A stretch of 64,000 nucleotides of DNA from Candidatus Cloacimonadales bacterium (GCA_963674825.1 OY771587.1:1248001-1312000), one strand, 5' to 3'; numbered from the stretch's first letter, positions 1 to 10,224 are shown. The notes: generated by a model from the letters alone, not told the origin. Program-made: numbers and translations.

Positions 1-963
1 TGTGACCGCTCCAGCATTGAAGCTCCGATTAAATATATTGGGATTATATACATTTCCGCTATAAGCACATAACCCGCCTGCGATTCCCGATCCATTGGTT
101 GCCGTAACCGAGCCAAGATTGCAGCAGTCCTCGATGCGACTCTGATTCTCCATGTATCCAGCGATTCCGCCGACCCTGGTCGGTCCGGTTATCGAGCCTG
201 TGTTTACGCACTTCTGGATGCGGCAATAGTAAGCTGCCGATGAAACAATACCTGCAACCTGATCAACATTCGAAACGATCGTTCCTGAGTTGCTGCATCG
301 AACAATGTAGCAGCCATCATTGACAGCCGAGACAATTCCTCCCACACCATCGCGATAGGAATAGCCTTCGACTTCCACAGTAATATCGACCCCACTCGTG
401 CAATCGTAGAAATTGGTGTTCGGGCTATAACCGGCAATCCCGCCATTCATTCCTTCATCGCACCAGATTGCGCCGGATACTTGACAATTTGTGAGATTCG
501 AGAAGTCATACAATGTGTCACCCCATTGAGAATAACCACATACTCCACCGACACAGGATTTACCGCTGTAAAAGATATCGGTGAGATTGACGTTTTGGAT
601 CTCCCCGCCGGAAACATGACCGAAAAGGCCCACATACCAGAATCGGCGAATCGTCAATCCCTCGATAGTATAATTCTGCCCGTCGTAGTGACCCTTGAAG
701 GAGTGAGCCTCACTACCAATCGGCGTAAAACCTTCATACACCCATTGCGAAGCGTTCCAGGCCCACCATTCTGTAATATTCGCATCAATGTCGGCAGTCT
801 GCTTGAAGTAACATGTGTAATACTCATACGCCGTTGACATCCATGCCAGGTCATCAAGAGTCGCAATCAGAAACGGATCTTCTTCGCTCCCGCTTCCAGA
901 GGGGATCGACCAGACGGCTGTCGAAGTGAGAAATAATATCAGCAAGATTGACCATGTTCTCAT
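1..963 (-). CDS. Secreted GLUG-motif / beta-helix surface protein, 3' end truncated by window edge (absent from the ORF track)
   Basis: Manual translation from ATG at 963: MRTWSILLILFLTSTAVWSIPSGSGSEEDPFLIATLDDL...FKQTADIDA...GFTPIG...FKGHYDGQNYTIEGL...VGLFG...CVGGVCG. Signal peptide followed by the GSGxEEDP(F/Y) and VGG repeats typical of GLUG proteins. Confidence 0.8.
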   Translation of the reverse strand, partial: MRTWSILLILFLTSTAVWSIPSGSGSEEDPFLIATLDDLAWMSTAYEYYTCYFKQTADIDANITEWWAWNASQWVYEGFTPIGSEAHSFKGHYDGQNYTIEGLTIRRFWYVGLFGHVSGGEIQNVNLTDIFYSGKSCVGGVCGYSQWGDTLYDFSNLTNCQVSGAIWCDEGMNGGIAGYSPNTNFYDCTSGVDITVEVEGYSYRDGVGGIVSAVNDGCYIVRCSNSGTIVSNVDQVAGIVSSAAYYCRIQKCVNTGSITGPTRVGGIAGYMENQSRIEDCCNLGSVTATNGSGIAGGLCAYSGNVYNPNIFNRSFNAGAVT

Positions 964-964
964 T

Positions 965-1300
965 TCAGTCTCCTTGTTGTATAGAATTCAAAATCCTCTC
1001 AGCAATATTTTTCTTTGAGTAGTCTTCCTCTTCATCGCAAAATGACGATTTCGTCACAGGATCACAGAAATAGAGAAATTTCGTGTCGAATTCGTCCTCA
1101 AGATGCACCAGAAGAGCTTTGTCGAATCCGGTGACATTGATCACAGCCACCGCGATACGGACGCTCCGCAAGATACGGAACACATCTTCTTCACATACAG
1201 CGAGATAGACGCTCGTTTCCTGATGTTCGAACAGCGCGTCGAGGTTATCCCCAAGCATCTCGATACAGTTATACAGCAAAATATGTTGTTGTTTCTTCAT
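965..1300 (-). CDS. Small hypothetical protein, degenerate receiver-domain-like fold
   Basis: ORF 965..1354, probable start at ATG 1300 (MKKQQHILLYN). Alternating beta/alpha pattern (ILLY..., IAVAVIN) resembles REC but lacks the acidic pocket and phospho-Asp. Confidence 0.45.
   Translation of the reverse strand: MKKQQHILLYNCIEMLGDNLDALFEHQETSVYLAVCEEDVFRILRSVRIAVAVINVTGFDKALLVHLEDEFDTKFLYFCDPVTKSSFCDEEEDYSKKNIAERILNSIQQGD
1039..1057. promoter_or_regulatory. Palindrome copy 1 (AAAATGACGATTTCGTCAC)
   Basis: Core TGACGA-TT-TCGTCA inverted repeat; exact 19-bp copy at 1408-1426. Confidence 0.45.
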
Positions 1301-1407
1301 ATCCAACATATAGCATTCGCAGGGCCAATCGGATAATCGATTACATACGTGCAAGTTAGGATAACATCAAATGTAAAGGAAGACAGATCGAGGATGTTTT
1401 GGATATT

Positions 1408-1426
1408 AAAATGACGATTTCGTCAC
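1408..1426. promoter_or_regulatory. Palindrome copy 2 (AAAATGACGATTTCGTCAC)
   Basis: Identical to 1039-1057; intergenic, upstream of the small ORF. Confidence 0.45.
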
Positions 1427-1444
1427 GCGGATGCACTGGAAATT

Positions 1445-1472
1445 AAAAAAAGGCTCTCCGAATGGAGAGCCT
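1445..1472 (-). terminator. Rho-independent terminator
   Basis: Minus strand AGGCTCTCC-ATTC-GGAGAGCCT followed by a T run, downstream of the TPR gene. Confidence 0.85.
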
Positions 1473-1495
1473 CGTAAGATCTATCGATCCAGAAG

Positions 1496-3136
1496 TCAGT
1501 TCTTCTGGGTCGTGCTGTCGATCAGCGGTTTGATCGATGCTTTTTTGCTCTTGATGTCGTTGAGAACGGAGGTTTTGTCCGTGTTTCTCTCGGCATCGTT
1601 CAGATAATCCATCGCCTGACGGAAGAGATCGTTGGTCGCCTTCTTGACCTCGTTCTTCTCCGCAATCTTCTCATCCATGGCATCACCGAAGAGCTTTCCG
1701 GCCCGTTCCTGTTCGCTGATGTAATTTTCTTTCTCTACCAACAAGCTATATTTGTTATATGCGCGCTTCTGAGCAACCTGGAACAGAATCATGTATGCTT
1801 CGTACTGGTTAGGATTGAGTTCGATCGATTTGTTGGCTGCCTTCTCGGTATCGGTAAGGTTTTCGAGCGCCATATAGACGTCGGCCTTGCGAAGGTACAC
1901 CAGGTAGTTTTCGGCATCGATTTTCTGCAGATTGTTCAGAACTTCGAGAGCTTGGGTGTTATAGTCTTTCATCTTGGCTTTTTCGCCATTGTCTTGCGCG
2001 TTGACCGCGGCTTCGCGGAATGCGCCTGCGAGGTTGAGATAAGCCTTCTTGTTCTCGGGTTCATCCCGAATAACCTGCTGGTACTGGGCGATAGCATCGT
2101 CGAGACGACCAGTCTTGTTATAGGTAATCGCAAGCTTCCGTGCGACTTCTTCGTCTTCCGGGAAAGCGTTGGCAACTGCTTGCAGATGAGGAAGAGCGTC
2201 TTCGTATTCTTCCTGATCGAAGAGGATCATTGCCAGTCGGTAGTGCGCCTTGTTGTTCTCGTCGTTACGTTCCAGCGATTTTTCCAGCGCGTCGATCGCT
2301 TCATCGAAGTATTCCATATCGGCATAGCGGTTACCGATACGCAGCCAGGTGGAATCATCGTCTTTCATTTGAGACAAGACCATCAAGACATCGACAGAAT
2401 CTTCCAAACGACCGGTCATCTTGTAGATTGTATCCAGGAAGTCGTAAAAACGAATGTCTTCCGGGAATTTGTTCTTTCCGGTCATCGCATATTCTTCGGC
2501 CTTATCCATGTTCTTGTTTTCGAAGTTCATAAGTGCAAGATAGAAGTACGCGTCCGCGCGATCGGGATCTACTTCGATATATTTGAGGAATCCCTGTTCC
2601 GCCGCATCGTAGTTCTTGGAAACATACTGCTGGTAAGGGATATCCCACAGCTTGTTGAGCGCTTCGCCGGCCATGTTCTGAATCACGGGGAAAAGCTCTT
2701 TCTTCAGCATTTCCTGACGGTCTTTCTTGTTGGTCGTTGCCTTAAGTGTCAGGAATTGCATATCTTGAGTCTTCATAGAGAGAAGCTTGATCTGCACGGA
2801 ATATTCGGTGCGGTCAATATTGGAAACAGAACCCCAGAACACTACGTCGGCACCGAGTTTTTCACCCAGAGCAATCACTTCGCTGCGTCCAAGAACGGCG
2901 AGATCGTTATAACCTTCGCTCTTGGTAAGTTTGGTCGATTCCTTGATGCTGATCAGTTCCATACCTTCTTCGGAATCAAAAATATCTTCCAGATCGCCAC
3001 CAGTAAGGTACTTGACCATGCTCTTGCTTTTCGAATCGATATAATCGAAGCCCAACACACCTACTTTGATGTTCTGCGCGTACATCGACGCTACCATGAG
3101 CGCCAGTGTCAGCACAATTATCATTCGTTTGAACAT
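1496..3136 (-). CDS. Exported TPR-repeat protein with N-terminal CsgG/TolB_N-like domain
   Basis: GGAGG before ATG 3136; signal peptide; IKVGVLGF...LGADVVFWGSV pattern; many TPR repeats (AYFYLA, AHYRLA, AYLNLA). Confidence 0.8.
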   Translation of the reverse strand: MFKRMIIVLTLALMVASMYAQNIKVGVLGFDYIDSKSKSMVKYLTGGDLEDIFDSEEGMELISIKESTKLTKSEGYNDLAVLGRSEVIALGEKLGADVVFWGSVSNIDRTEYSVQIKLLSMKTQDMQFLTLKATTNKKDRQEMLKKELFPVIQNMAGEALNKLWDIPYQQYVSKNYDAAEQGFLKYIEVDPDRADAYFYLALMNFENKNMDKAEEYAMTGKNKFPEDIRFYDFLDTIYKMTGRLEDSVDVLMVLSQMKDDDSTWLRIGNRYADMEYFDEAIDALEKSLERNDENNKAHYRLAMILFDQEEYEDALPHLQAVANAFPEDEEVARKLAITYNKTGRLDDAIAQYQQVIRDEPENKKAYLNLAGAFREAAVNAQDNGEKAKMKDYNTQALEVLNNLQKIDAENYLVYLRKADVYMALENLTDTEKAANKSIELNPNQYEAYMILFQVAQKRAYNKYSLLVEKENYISEQERAGKLFGDAMDEKIAEKNEVKKATNDLFRQAMDYLNDAERNTDKTSVLNDIKSKKASIKPLIDSTTQKN

Positions 3137-3204
3137 ATCATCCTCCATCAATATAATCTATTGTCCGTAATTTTATTTAACTCCGTGATTAGGCAAGCAT
3201 TTTC

Positions 3205-4197
3205 TCAACGGATTGCCGGATCATCCGTTGCACCAGTATCTTCCTGCAGTTGTGGATCGGTATTCTCTGCAGGCGAAAGACGTTCCCATTCTCTATGAAT
3301 CTTGCGATTCACAAATTTTTTCCGGATCCATGCAATAATCGCGAGAAACGGCATCAGTGTCCAGATGATTATCGAAACACCCACCAGCATTTCCAGGCGT
3401 ACCTTGCTGCGCAGGTATTCGTCGAAACGCGCACCGATACGTTCTTTGGATGCTTGAAACCCAACAAGCATGGATCGATCGAAGTCCCGCACCGGTAGCG
3501 CACTGTCCCAAAACCGGAAGAACTGGCGGGGATTGGTCTTTAACATGTAGTCGATCGCATAGGCCGATTTCATGTAAAAAGCCTCCCACTCGACAGGGTT
3601 CTTCGGGTAGTGATCGGTCATGTCGTTCAGGCTTGGCATGTCACCAAATACATAAAGCTGAATGAATGAAAGAAAGCGTTCGTAGGGAAGCCCTTCCGTA
3701 AAATAGACCGCCATCCCCTCGTGAAACCACAGCGGCGCGTTCCTGAAATAGCGAAACACAAACGCGTGGATGTATTCGTGCATCAGGATGGTAATCGTCT
3801 TATCAAGGCTGTGCAAATCGGCAGGGTTGCGCACGTAGGCTGTTTGATCTTTCCGGGAATAGAAGGCATCGCTGAATTCAATAATCCCCCCGGCGTTACC
3901 GGTGAATCGTTGATATTCCTTGTCGTTGGCAGCGATGTGGATTGTATAGCGAAACTCGGGGAATAACCCCATTTTGATCTGGAATTGGTCGATGCGGTCA
4001 GTGAGCAATTCTGCCAGATACATCCCGGCTTTCATGTCCTTCTCCGCCGCGATCAGCGTGATCTGATCAAATTGACGGATGTCGGTCTGAGGCCAGACCG
4101 ACACCGCAATCAAAAATATAAGAATCGCGAGAATACTATTCTTTCTGCGCAGAATCGAGATTCCTTCGCAGAACGGCATCCAACTGCTCAATGTCAA
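3205..4197 (-). CDS. Peptidase MA-like (gluzincin) protein with C-terminal membrane anchor; start uncertain (about 4150)
   Basis: HEYIH plus PLWFHEGMA zinc-binding motifs; signal-like RRKNSILAILIFLIAV; C-terminal TM helix. Confidence 0.75.
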   Translation of the reverse strand: MTLSSWMPFCEGISILRRKNSILAILIFLIAVSVWPQTDIRQFDQITLIAAEKDMKAGMYLAELLTDRIDQFQIKMGLFPEFRYTIHIAANDKEYQRFTGNAGGIIEFSDAFYSRKDQTAYVRNPADLHSLDKTITILMHEYIHAFVFRYFRNAPLWFHEGMAVYFTEGLPYERFLSFIQLYVFGDMPSLNDMTDHYPKNPVEWEAFYMKSAYAIDYMLKTNPRQFFRFWDSALPVRDFDRSMLVGFQASKERIGARFDEYLRSKVRLEMLVGVSIIIWTLMPFLAIIAWIRKKFVNRKIHREWERLSPAENTDPQLQEDTGATDDPAIR

Positions 4198-4516
4198 ACG
4201 GCTTAAAAACGATATCTTCTACTCCTTCACGGCGGCATTTCACCACGACGTGATTCGGATCGTAACCAAAGCCGGTCATCATCACGACCGGTAGATTTTC
4301 GTCATACTCCCGGATACGGGTGAATAGCTGATGCCCGTCCATATCCGGCATGGCGATATCCGTAAGCACGATATCGACTTCGTTCTGCATCACGTGGCTG
4401 AGCGCTTCGTATCCCGAGTTTTCCGCTATCACCTCGTAGCCGAGTTCCTTCAGCTCGAGTTCCAGAAAATCGGTTACACCTTTCTCATCATCGACAACCA
4501 GTATCTTTATTGCCAT
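4136..4516 (-). CDS. Single-domain response regulator
   Basis: ILVVDDE, DIVLTDIAMPDMDG, MMTG, KPF receiver motifs. Confidence 0.9.
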   Translation of the reverse strand: MAIKILVVDDEKGVTDFLELELKELGYEVIAENSGYEALSHVMQNEVDIVLTDIAMPDMDGHQLFTRIREYDENLPVVMMTGFGYDPNHVVVKCRREGVEDIVFKPFDIEQLDAVLRRNLDSAQKE

Positions 4517-5397
4517 GGCAGTTCTGTCATTCCGGTTATGCGTTTGAACGCTTCGATGTATTTTTCGGACGTACGCTGGATGATATCCTCGGGAAGGTTC
4601 GGCGCTGGAGGGTTCTTATCCCAGCCGGTGCTCTCGAGGTAATCGCGTACGAATTGCTTATCATAGCTGAACTGGCTTCTGCCCACTTCATAGTCATCCA
4701 TATTCCAGAAACGCGATGAATCGGGCGTAAAGATCTCGTCAATCAGGAAAACCTGTCCCGCGCGTGTACCAAACTCGAACTTGGTGTCCGCAAAAATGAT
4801 GCCGCGCTCCTTCATGAAGTCATGCGCGAATTTGTACAGCTTCAGGCTGACATCTTGCAGTTTATCCGCAAGCCATTCGTCCATGCGCGATTTCATCTCT
4901 TCGAAAGAGATATTCATGTCGTGGCCTTCTTCCGCTTTGGTAGAAGGTGTGAAAAGCGGTTGGGGAAATTCCTGACTGTTCTTCATTCCTGCGGGAAGCG
5001 CAGCACCGCGGAAGGAACCTTTCTGACTGTATTCTTTCCAGGCCGAGCCGGCAAGATAACCGCGCACGATGCATTCGTAAGGAACCACGCGCGTCTTTTT
5101 CACCAGCATACTGCGATACTCGAGCTCTTCCTTGTAGGGATGGAATTCCTTCGGATAATCTTCCACACGGTGCGCCAGAAGATGATTGCCAATGATATCG
5201 CGCGTCTTCTCGAAGAAGAAAATCGAAATTTGGGTCAGCACCTTTCCCTTGTCCGGGATCGGCTGCGACAGAACCACATCGAAAGCAGAGAGTCGATCCG
5301 AGGTAACGATCAACAATTCCTCACCAAGGTCGTAAATATCTCGGACCTTTCCGCTACGGTGATCCTTCACTATAGACAAATCACAAAGCTTTGTCAC
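4507..5397 (-). CDS. purC: Phosphoribosylaminoimidazolesuccinocarboxamide synthase
   Basis: SGKVRDIY, SDRLSAFD, ECIVRGY, PLFTPSTKA, ADTKFEFG, DEIFTPDSSRFW, DKQFVRDYL. Confidence 0.97.
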   Translation of the reverse strand: MTKLCDLSIVKDHRSGKVRDIYDLGEELLIVTSDRLSAFDVVLSQPIPDKGKVLTQISIFFFEKTRDIIGNHLLAHRVEDYPKEFHPYKEELEYRSMLVKKTRVVPYECIVRGYLAGSAWKEYSQKGSFRGAALPAGMKNSQEFPQPLFTPSTKAEEGHDMNISFEEMKSRMDEWLADKLQDVSLKLYKFAHDFMKERGIIFADTKFEFGTRAGQVFLIDEIFTPDSSRFWNMDDYEVGRSQFSYDKQFVRDYLESTGWDKNPPAPNLPEDIIQRTSEKYIEAFKRITGMTELPWQ

Positions 5398-6308
5398 GAT
5401 AGTTCCTCCTGTATCTTTTCATGTAATAATTTAGTTCCAAGGTCCATCCATGCACGGATTTTCTCCGGCTCATTTTCGAGATACCACAGATAGACCGCGC
5501 GACGCTCGTCGTATTGCGTCTTATCCACCGCCATCAATTCATTGTCGCGGTATTGCATCGAGTCATGCTCCACACGGTAATCGCGATCGCCCAGCTTGAC
5601 GGTGCCTTCTATATGCTTGGTGCAGAGCAGAAAGCGGATGTTATCGTAGAAGCTTCCCAGCAAGCGCACCTGTTTCGTTATCAAATCGGCTTTCTCGAAT
5701 TCGAGGTCGTCCATAAGCCGCTCGGCCTGATCTTTGAGTTCGCTCAGCCAGTTGAAATCTGGCGTGAGGAAATGTTTGATAAGCATCTCTTTCTGGTCGC
5801 CTTTTTTAAGGCACCAACCGAGGCATTTCTTTTTCTTGAGTCGCGAGCACGGCTGAACAGGCTCGTCGCAAACCGGTGTTCCGAGCAGTTCGCTCATGGT
5901 GTAAAGTGTATCCATCAGCTCGAAACGATTGCGGAACGGCCCCACATAGAACAGATTGCCGGTTGTGAAGCTCTCGAGCTTGAAGACGGGTGCATTACGA
6001 AAATCGACTGCAAGATAGACGTAGTCGTCCGAAAGTCTCAGGCGTTGATTGAGCTCCGGGGGTTCCTTCGCGATGAAATCTTTCGCATCTGCCATCGCCT
6101 CGATCAATGACGACTTTTTTTTCCACATGACCGTGTTCTGGCTGCTGCGGATCTCGCTCAGACCTTCGCGATCGACATTGAGAAGATATGAGATGCTTCC
6201 GCGCATGTTGGCGGAAAAATCAGCATAGAGTGCTTTGCCGTTCGACCGGATAACGTAGGATCCGGTTACTTCCGGTATTTGTTCGATGTTAGCGATTTTC
6301 GTTTCCAT
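5394..6308 (-). CDS. UvrC/Cho N-terminal-like protein with degenerate GIY-YIG domain, 4-Cys cluster and UVR domain
   Basis: IPEVTGSY...LYADFSANMR, YVGPF, C-x6-C-x7-C-x3-C, LEFEKA UVR motif; no RNase H or HhH domains. Confidence 0.7.
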   Translation of the reverse strand: METKIANIEQIPEVTGSYVIRSNGKALYADFSANMRGSISYLLNVDREGLSEIRSSQNTVMWKKKSSLIEAMADAKDFIAKEPPELNQRLRLSDDYVYLAVDFRNAPVFKLESFTTGNLFYVGPFRNRFELMDTLYTMSELLGTPVCDEPVQPCSRLKKKKCLGWCLKKGDQKEMLIKHFLTPDFNWLSELKDQAERLMDDLEFEKADLITKQVRLLGSFYDNIRFLLCTKHIEGTVKLGDRDYRVEHDSMQYRDNELMAVDKTQYDERRAVYLWYLENEPEKIRAWMDLGTKLLHEKIQEELS

Positions 6309-6342
6309 ATTGTACCTGATTCAACCTCGAAACCACACTATT

Positions 6343-7476
6343 TCATCCATACTTGAGCGCAAGTTTTTCAAGCCCGGAAGTAAGATTTTCTTCGCGCAAC
6401 TGTAGTGAGAAGTGCTCTATAATGCGGTTATGCGCCTTCTGGCGGTAACTCGTATCCAATTCCAATGCCTTACTGATCGCCCTGGCAATTTCTTCCGCTT
6501 TGGGCTGCTGCACGATATAGCCGCAATCGGCGATAGCCTGCGGTATGCCATAAACAGCGCTCCCTACCGGGATACAGCCACACAGCATCGCTTCGCAGAG
6601 CGTACTTGGTAGCCCCTCCGCCCGTGAGACCTGTGCATATACCGAAGCTTCGCGGTAGATATCGACAAGCGAATCCTGCTCCTTTGGCGGCAGTAAGCGA
6701 ACATTCTTTGTCGGGTGGTATTTCTCCCGCACGAGCCGCTCCACTTCGGGATCGATATCGGTCAGGACAAATTCCACGTCAGGTAACAGCCTGGCTGCGG
6801 CAATCAGTAAATCCATCCCCTTGCGCAGGAAAGTACGTTCGTCTCTGACAATCGCAACACTCAGCACACGGCGAGGACGCTCCATCTCACCCTGAATCCA
6901 TCGCTCAGGATCGAATCCCGTATGCATGGTCGTCCAGGGGGTCCGGATTCCGGGAACATTGACATGGAAGCCGTTCGGATAGGCGTCGGGCCAGTTGGCA
7001 GCAATCGAATCCGCCTGCGCCAGCCGGCTACTCACCGGCCACAGCATACTCGCATGTTTCATCACGATTGACGCAATTCGGGCACGAGCTTTCGTCTGGA
7101 AAATACCGTAATTCAGCGATGGCATTTTCATGCAATCATAGCCGCCCAATGCAATCGCAACCGGCACACCTGCCACTTTTCCCAACAGCGTGGGCAAAAA
7201 CATATGGATATCTGCGAACCAGCCATAGATGACATGCGCATCCTGTAGCGCACGCATCAGCCAGACGAGCTGACGCCAGAACATCGCCACATACTGGAAC
7301 GCTCCCTTGAACCCTTTCTCGAAACCGGAGGTGTCGAAGTGGAAGACCTCAACATCGTATTCCTTGCGCAAAATCTTCAGATCCTCGCGTACAAACGCCG
7401 AGAAATCGACGTAGATCATCAATAGCCGCGGCTTCCGCGTTCGGTCAGTGATCGTCCATTTATCGTTTCGCGCCAT
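6343..7476 (-). CDS. Glycosyltransferase family 4
   Basis: KGMDLL, EGLPSTLCEAMLCG signature. Confidence 0.9.
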   Translation of the reverse strand: MARNDKWTITDRTRKPRLLMIYVDFSAFVREDLKILRKEYDVEVFHFDTSGFEKGFKGAFQYVAMFWRQLVWLMRALQDAHVIYGWFADIHMFLPTLLGKVAGVPVAIALGGYDCMKMPSLNYGIFQTKARARIASIVMKHASMLWPVSSRLAQADSIAANWPDAYPNGFHVNVPGIRTPWTTMHTGFDPERWIQGEMERPRRVLSVAIVRDERTFLRKGMDLLIAAARLLPDVEFVLTDIDPEVERLVREKYHPTKNVRLLPPKEQDSLVDIYREASVYAQVSRAEGLPSTLCEAMLCGCIPVGSAVYGIPQAIADCGYIVQQPKAEEIARAISKALELDTSYRQKAHNRIIEHFSLQLREENLTSGLEKLALKYG

Positions 7477-8743
7477 TGTCGGCTCCTTTATCCGTCAGTT
7501 CGTCAAATAGTCCTGCGAGCCTCTCTGTCAGCGCTTTGCGCTCGTAACGACGGACAGCTTCACGATTCGGGTTCACCTCGAGCGAACCAGCCTTCCATTG
7601 ATTATAGCAATTTCGTAGCGCTTCCAGAACCGCCTGTGGATCCGTTGAATCGGCCACAAAGCCGGTTTCCGTCTCTCGAATCACACCGGCTGCCGCGCCA
7701 TTGGTGGGTGCGATCGCCAGAATGGGATTGCCGGTACGGATATATTCGAACAGTTTACCGGTGTACTCCGACTCACAGTTCGGCCCCGGATTGATGATAA
7801 TCAGCAGCAGATCGGCGCTAAGAATCTCACGGATGATTTGGTCGTGCGACACATAGCCACAAATCTTCGTAAAGCGTTCATCGCCAGGCTTAAGGATATT
7901 TGAGGCCGTATTCTTGCCGTAGATATCGATGCGAAAATCGGTCGCGCCTTCGGCAAACAGCGTCCTCGCGGCCGAAAGCAGGATTTCCGCATTGCGGCGC
8001 TTTCCGTAGAGCGTTCCAGCGAAAACCAATCGCATTAGAGCCTTTTCGCGCTTTGCTGGCTCGACGGCCGCAAAATCCTGTTCGTCGTAGCCATTGGGCA
8101 TGATCCGCATGGATTTATCCTTCAGGAACGGATAGCGTTTCAGGAAATTATCGCGCATCTGAATGGTAAGATTGACTACCGCATCGCAGTCCAGCAAAGC
8201 CTTCTTTTCCATGCAACGCTCGATTCGCTGAATGGCTCGAGGCGGCGGAAAGTCGAGGTACTCCGGGTGATAGGTCCATTCGTCACGAAAATCGAGCACC
8301 AACGGGATGCGGCAGCGTTTTTTCATATATTGGCCAATCTTGAACGAGGAGAACGGTGTTCCCGATACGTAAACCAGGTCAATGCTGTGTCTTTTTATGA
8401 TCTTTTTCAGCTTCCCGATCGCAAACGGCGTCCAAAGTTTCTGGATATCGGGTACAAAAAGATAACGTATCATCCAGCGCACGAAGCCGATCATTCCCAG
8501 TCCGTAGAAAATCTTAAATAACCAGTCGGCATCAAGCGTAAACGTTCGGTAAACCGGCACATCTTCTGGGATATCGCGCAATAATCCAGGGTCTTTCACC
8601 TTGCGTACGAAGCGCGGATCGACCGTTAGCACGACAGGATGGTAACCGCATTCGGAGAGGTATTTAACGTGCTTCGCAGTTCGCTGCACACCACCGCCGC
8701 CAAGAGGCGGGAAATAGTAGGCGATCACCAGCACGTTTTTCAT
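7460..8743 (-). CDS. Glycosyltransferase family 4-like
   Basis: VIAYYFPPLGGGGVQR, LDFRDEW, MPNGYD, GKLFEY. Confidence 0.9.
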   Translation of the reverse strand: MKNVLVIAYYFPPLGGGGVQRTAKHVKYLSECGYHPVVLTVDPRFVRKVKDPGLLRDIPEDVPVYRTFTLDADWLFKIFYGLGMIGFVRWMIRYLFVPDIQKLWTPFAIGKLKKIIKRHSIDLVYVSGTPFSSFKIGQYMKKRCRIPLVLDFRDEWTYHPEYLDFPPPRAIQRIERCMEKKALLDCDAVVNLTIQMRDNFLKRYPFLKDKSMRIMPNGYDEQDFAAVEPAKREKALMRLVFAGTLYGKRRNAEILLSAARTLFAEGATDFRIDIYGKNTASNILKPGDERFTKICGYVSHDQIIREILSADLLLIIINPGPNCESEYTGKLFEYIRTGNPILAIAPTNGAAAGVIRETETGFVADSTDPQAVLEALRNCYNQWKAGSLEVNPNREAVRRYERKALTERLAGLFDELTDKGADNGAKR

Positions 8744-10224
8744 CGCTTCACACCAAACTTACGGATGGCATCGAGAATGATGTCGCGGTCGTAGTCCTTG
8801 ATCACGCCGAACAGCCTGCCAAACAGGTAATAAAGCCCAATGTAAACAAGGAATAGTCCCGGAAACTTCACCCACGGATTGAGTGTCCACGGGATAAGAA
8901 ACCAGAATGGGATTCCGATGACCACAGACAAAACAAGTGTTCGCACGAGGTTCTTGAGCGAGAAGAGCCGGGGCAGATGGAACCCGAGCTTTTTGTGGAT
9001 AATCCACACACTGATGATTGTATAGAGATAAACCACCATCACCGTTGCCCACGCCGGGCCGGTCATGCCGATAAGGTTGATCAACAGGAGATTTAGACCA
9101 ACATTCAATCCAAGCGTCACCAGGCTCAACCAGAAGAGTACTCTGGTGAGTCCGTAGGACTTGAAGAGCACGCCAAGTGTGGCGATCCGCAGGAAAAGAA
9201 TCGTCAAATAAATGCGGAAAAAGGGTTCCGCGGAAGCGTATTTATCGGAATAGAGCATCACCAGAAAATCACGCGCGAAGATGAAGAAATAAATCACCAG
9301 CGGAAAGATGATAAGCGCGTTTTTCCGCACAGCACCGCTGAAAATATCCTCGATCGATTTGCGGTCCGTATCGGGATCCATGCGCGTCAAGGACGGCAGC
9401 AGGATATTGTTCACCGAGACAATCAGCACCGAAATCAAAGGGATCTCGGTAGCGCCGATGGAGAACACGGCGAAGACATCCGGTGTGAAATAGCTGGAGA
9501 TCACCACCTTGTCGATCTGCGTGGTGAGTAGCCCCATAATGTTGGCAAATCCTACCGGTACCGCGTAGTCGAGCTGTTCCCGCAGGAGCTTGCCGTCGAA
9601 GTGGAAGTCCGGTTTGAAGACGCCTCTCAGGCTGATTTGCGCGTAGAGCCATTGCAGTGCAGCCGAGACTACCATGCCGATCACAATCCAGTTCAGATCG
9701 CGAGTAAACCATGCCGGGCCAAGGATGAAGATAGCGTCCAGCACCACGCTGAAAACGCCGAAGAAGGCCGCTTTCCCACTGCGCTCGAATCCCAGCAGCA
9801 CCGATTGATAGAACTGCGAAATGAACATGAACAGCGGGTAGAGAAAGAAAAAGACCAGAAGCGAAGGTAATTCGGGATTGTTCAAGAAACTGCCAATTGG
9901 GTTGCGCAACAACACTGTGCTGATCGCGAAAAGCGTTCCAAGCCCCAGAAGGATAGTAAATGTCTGCGTCAGGATCCTGCGCAGGTTCTGCTCGTCTTTG
10001 CCAAGCATACGTGGCACAAAAAATAGCAAGCTCTGGGGTAATCCGAGAAAGAGGATTGACGAGATGGTCTGATAGATCAGAAAAAGCTGCCGGTAGCTGC
10101 CGTAGGCCTCTTTGGATAGAAGACGAACGAGGATTAGCGCAATAACTGTCTTGATGAACAATCGCGTGAAATTCCCCACCGCCAGCACGCGTGCTCTGGA
10201 AACACGGTCGGTCATTTTCGCCAT
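8740..10224 (-). CDS. Polysaccharide flippase (Wzx/MATE-like)
   Basis: About 12-14 TM helices; LVRLLSKEAYG, QIDKVVIS, LNLLLI..IGMTGPAWAT. Confidence 0.88.
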   Translation of the reverse strand: MAKMTDRVSRARVLAVGNFTRLFIKTVIALILVRLLSKEAYGSYRQLFLIYQTISSILFLGLPQSLLFFVPRMLGKDEQNLRRILTQTFTILLGLGTLFAISTVLLRNPIGSFLNNPELPSLLVFFFLYPLFMFISQFYQSVLLGFERSGKAAFFGVFSVVLDAIFILGPAWFTRDLNWIVIGMVVSAALQWLYAQISLRGVFKPDFHFDGKLLREQLDYAVPVGFANIMGLLTTQIDKVVISSYFTPDVFAVFSIGATEIPLISVLIVSVNNILLPSLTRMDPDTDRKSIEDIFSGAVRKNALIIFPLVIYFFIFARDFLVMLYSDKYASAEPFFRIYLTILFLRIATLGVLFKSYGLTRVLFWLSLVTLGLNVGLNLLLINLIGMTGPAWATVMVVYLYTIISVWIIHKKLGFHLPRLFSLKNLVRTLVLSVVIGIPFWFLIPWTLNPWVKFPGLFLVYIGLYYLFGRLFGVIKDYDRDIILDAIRKFGVKR

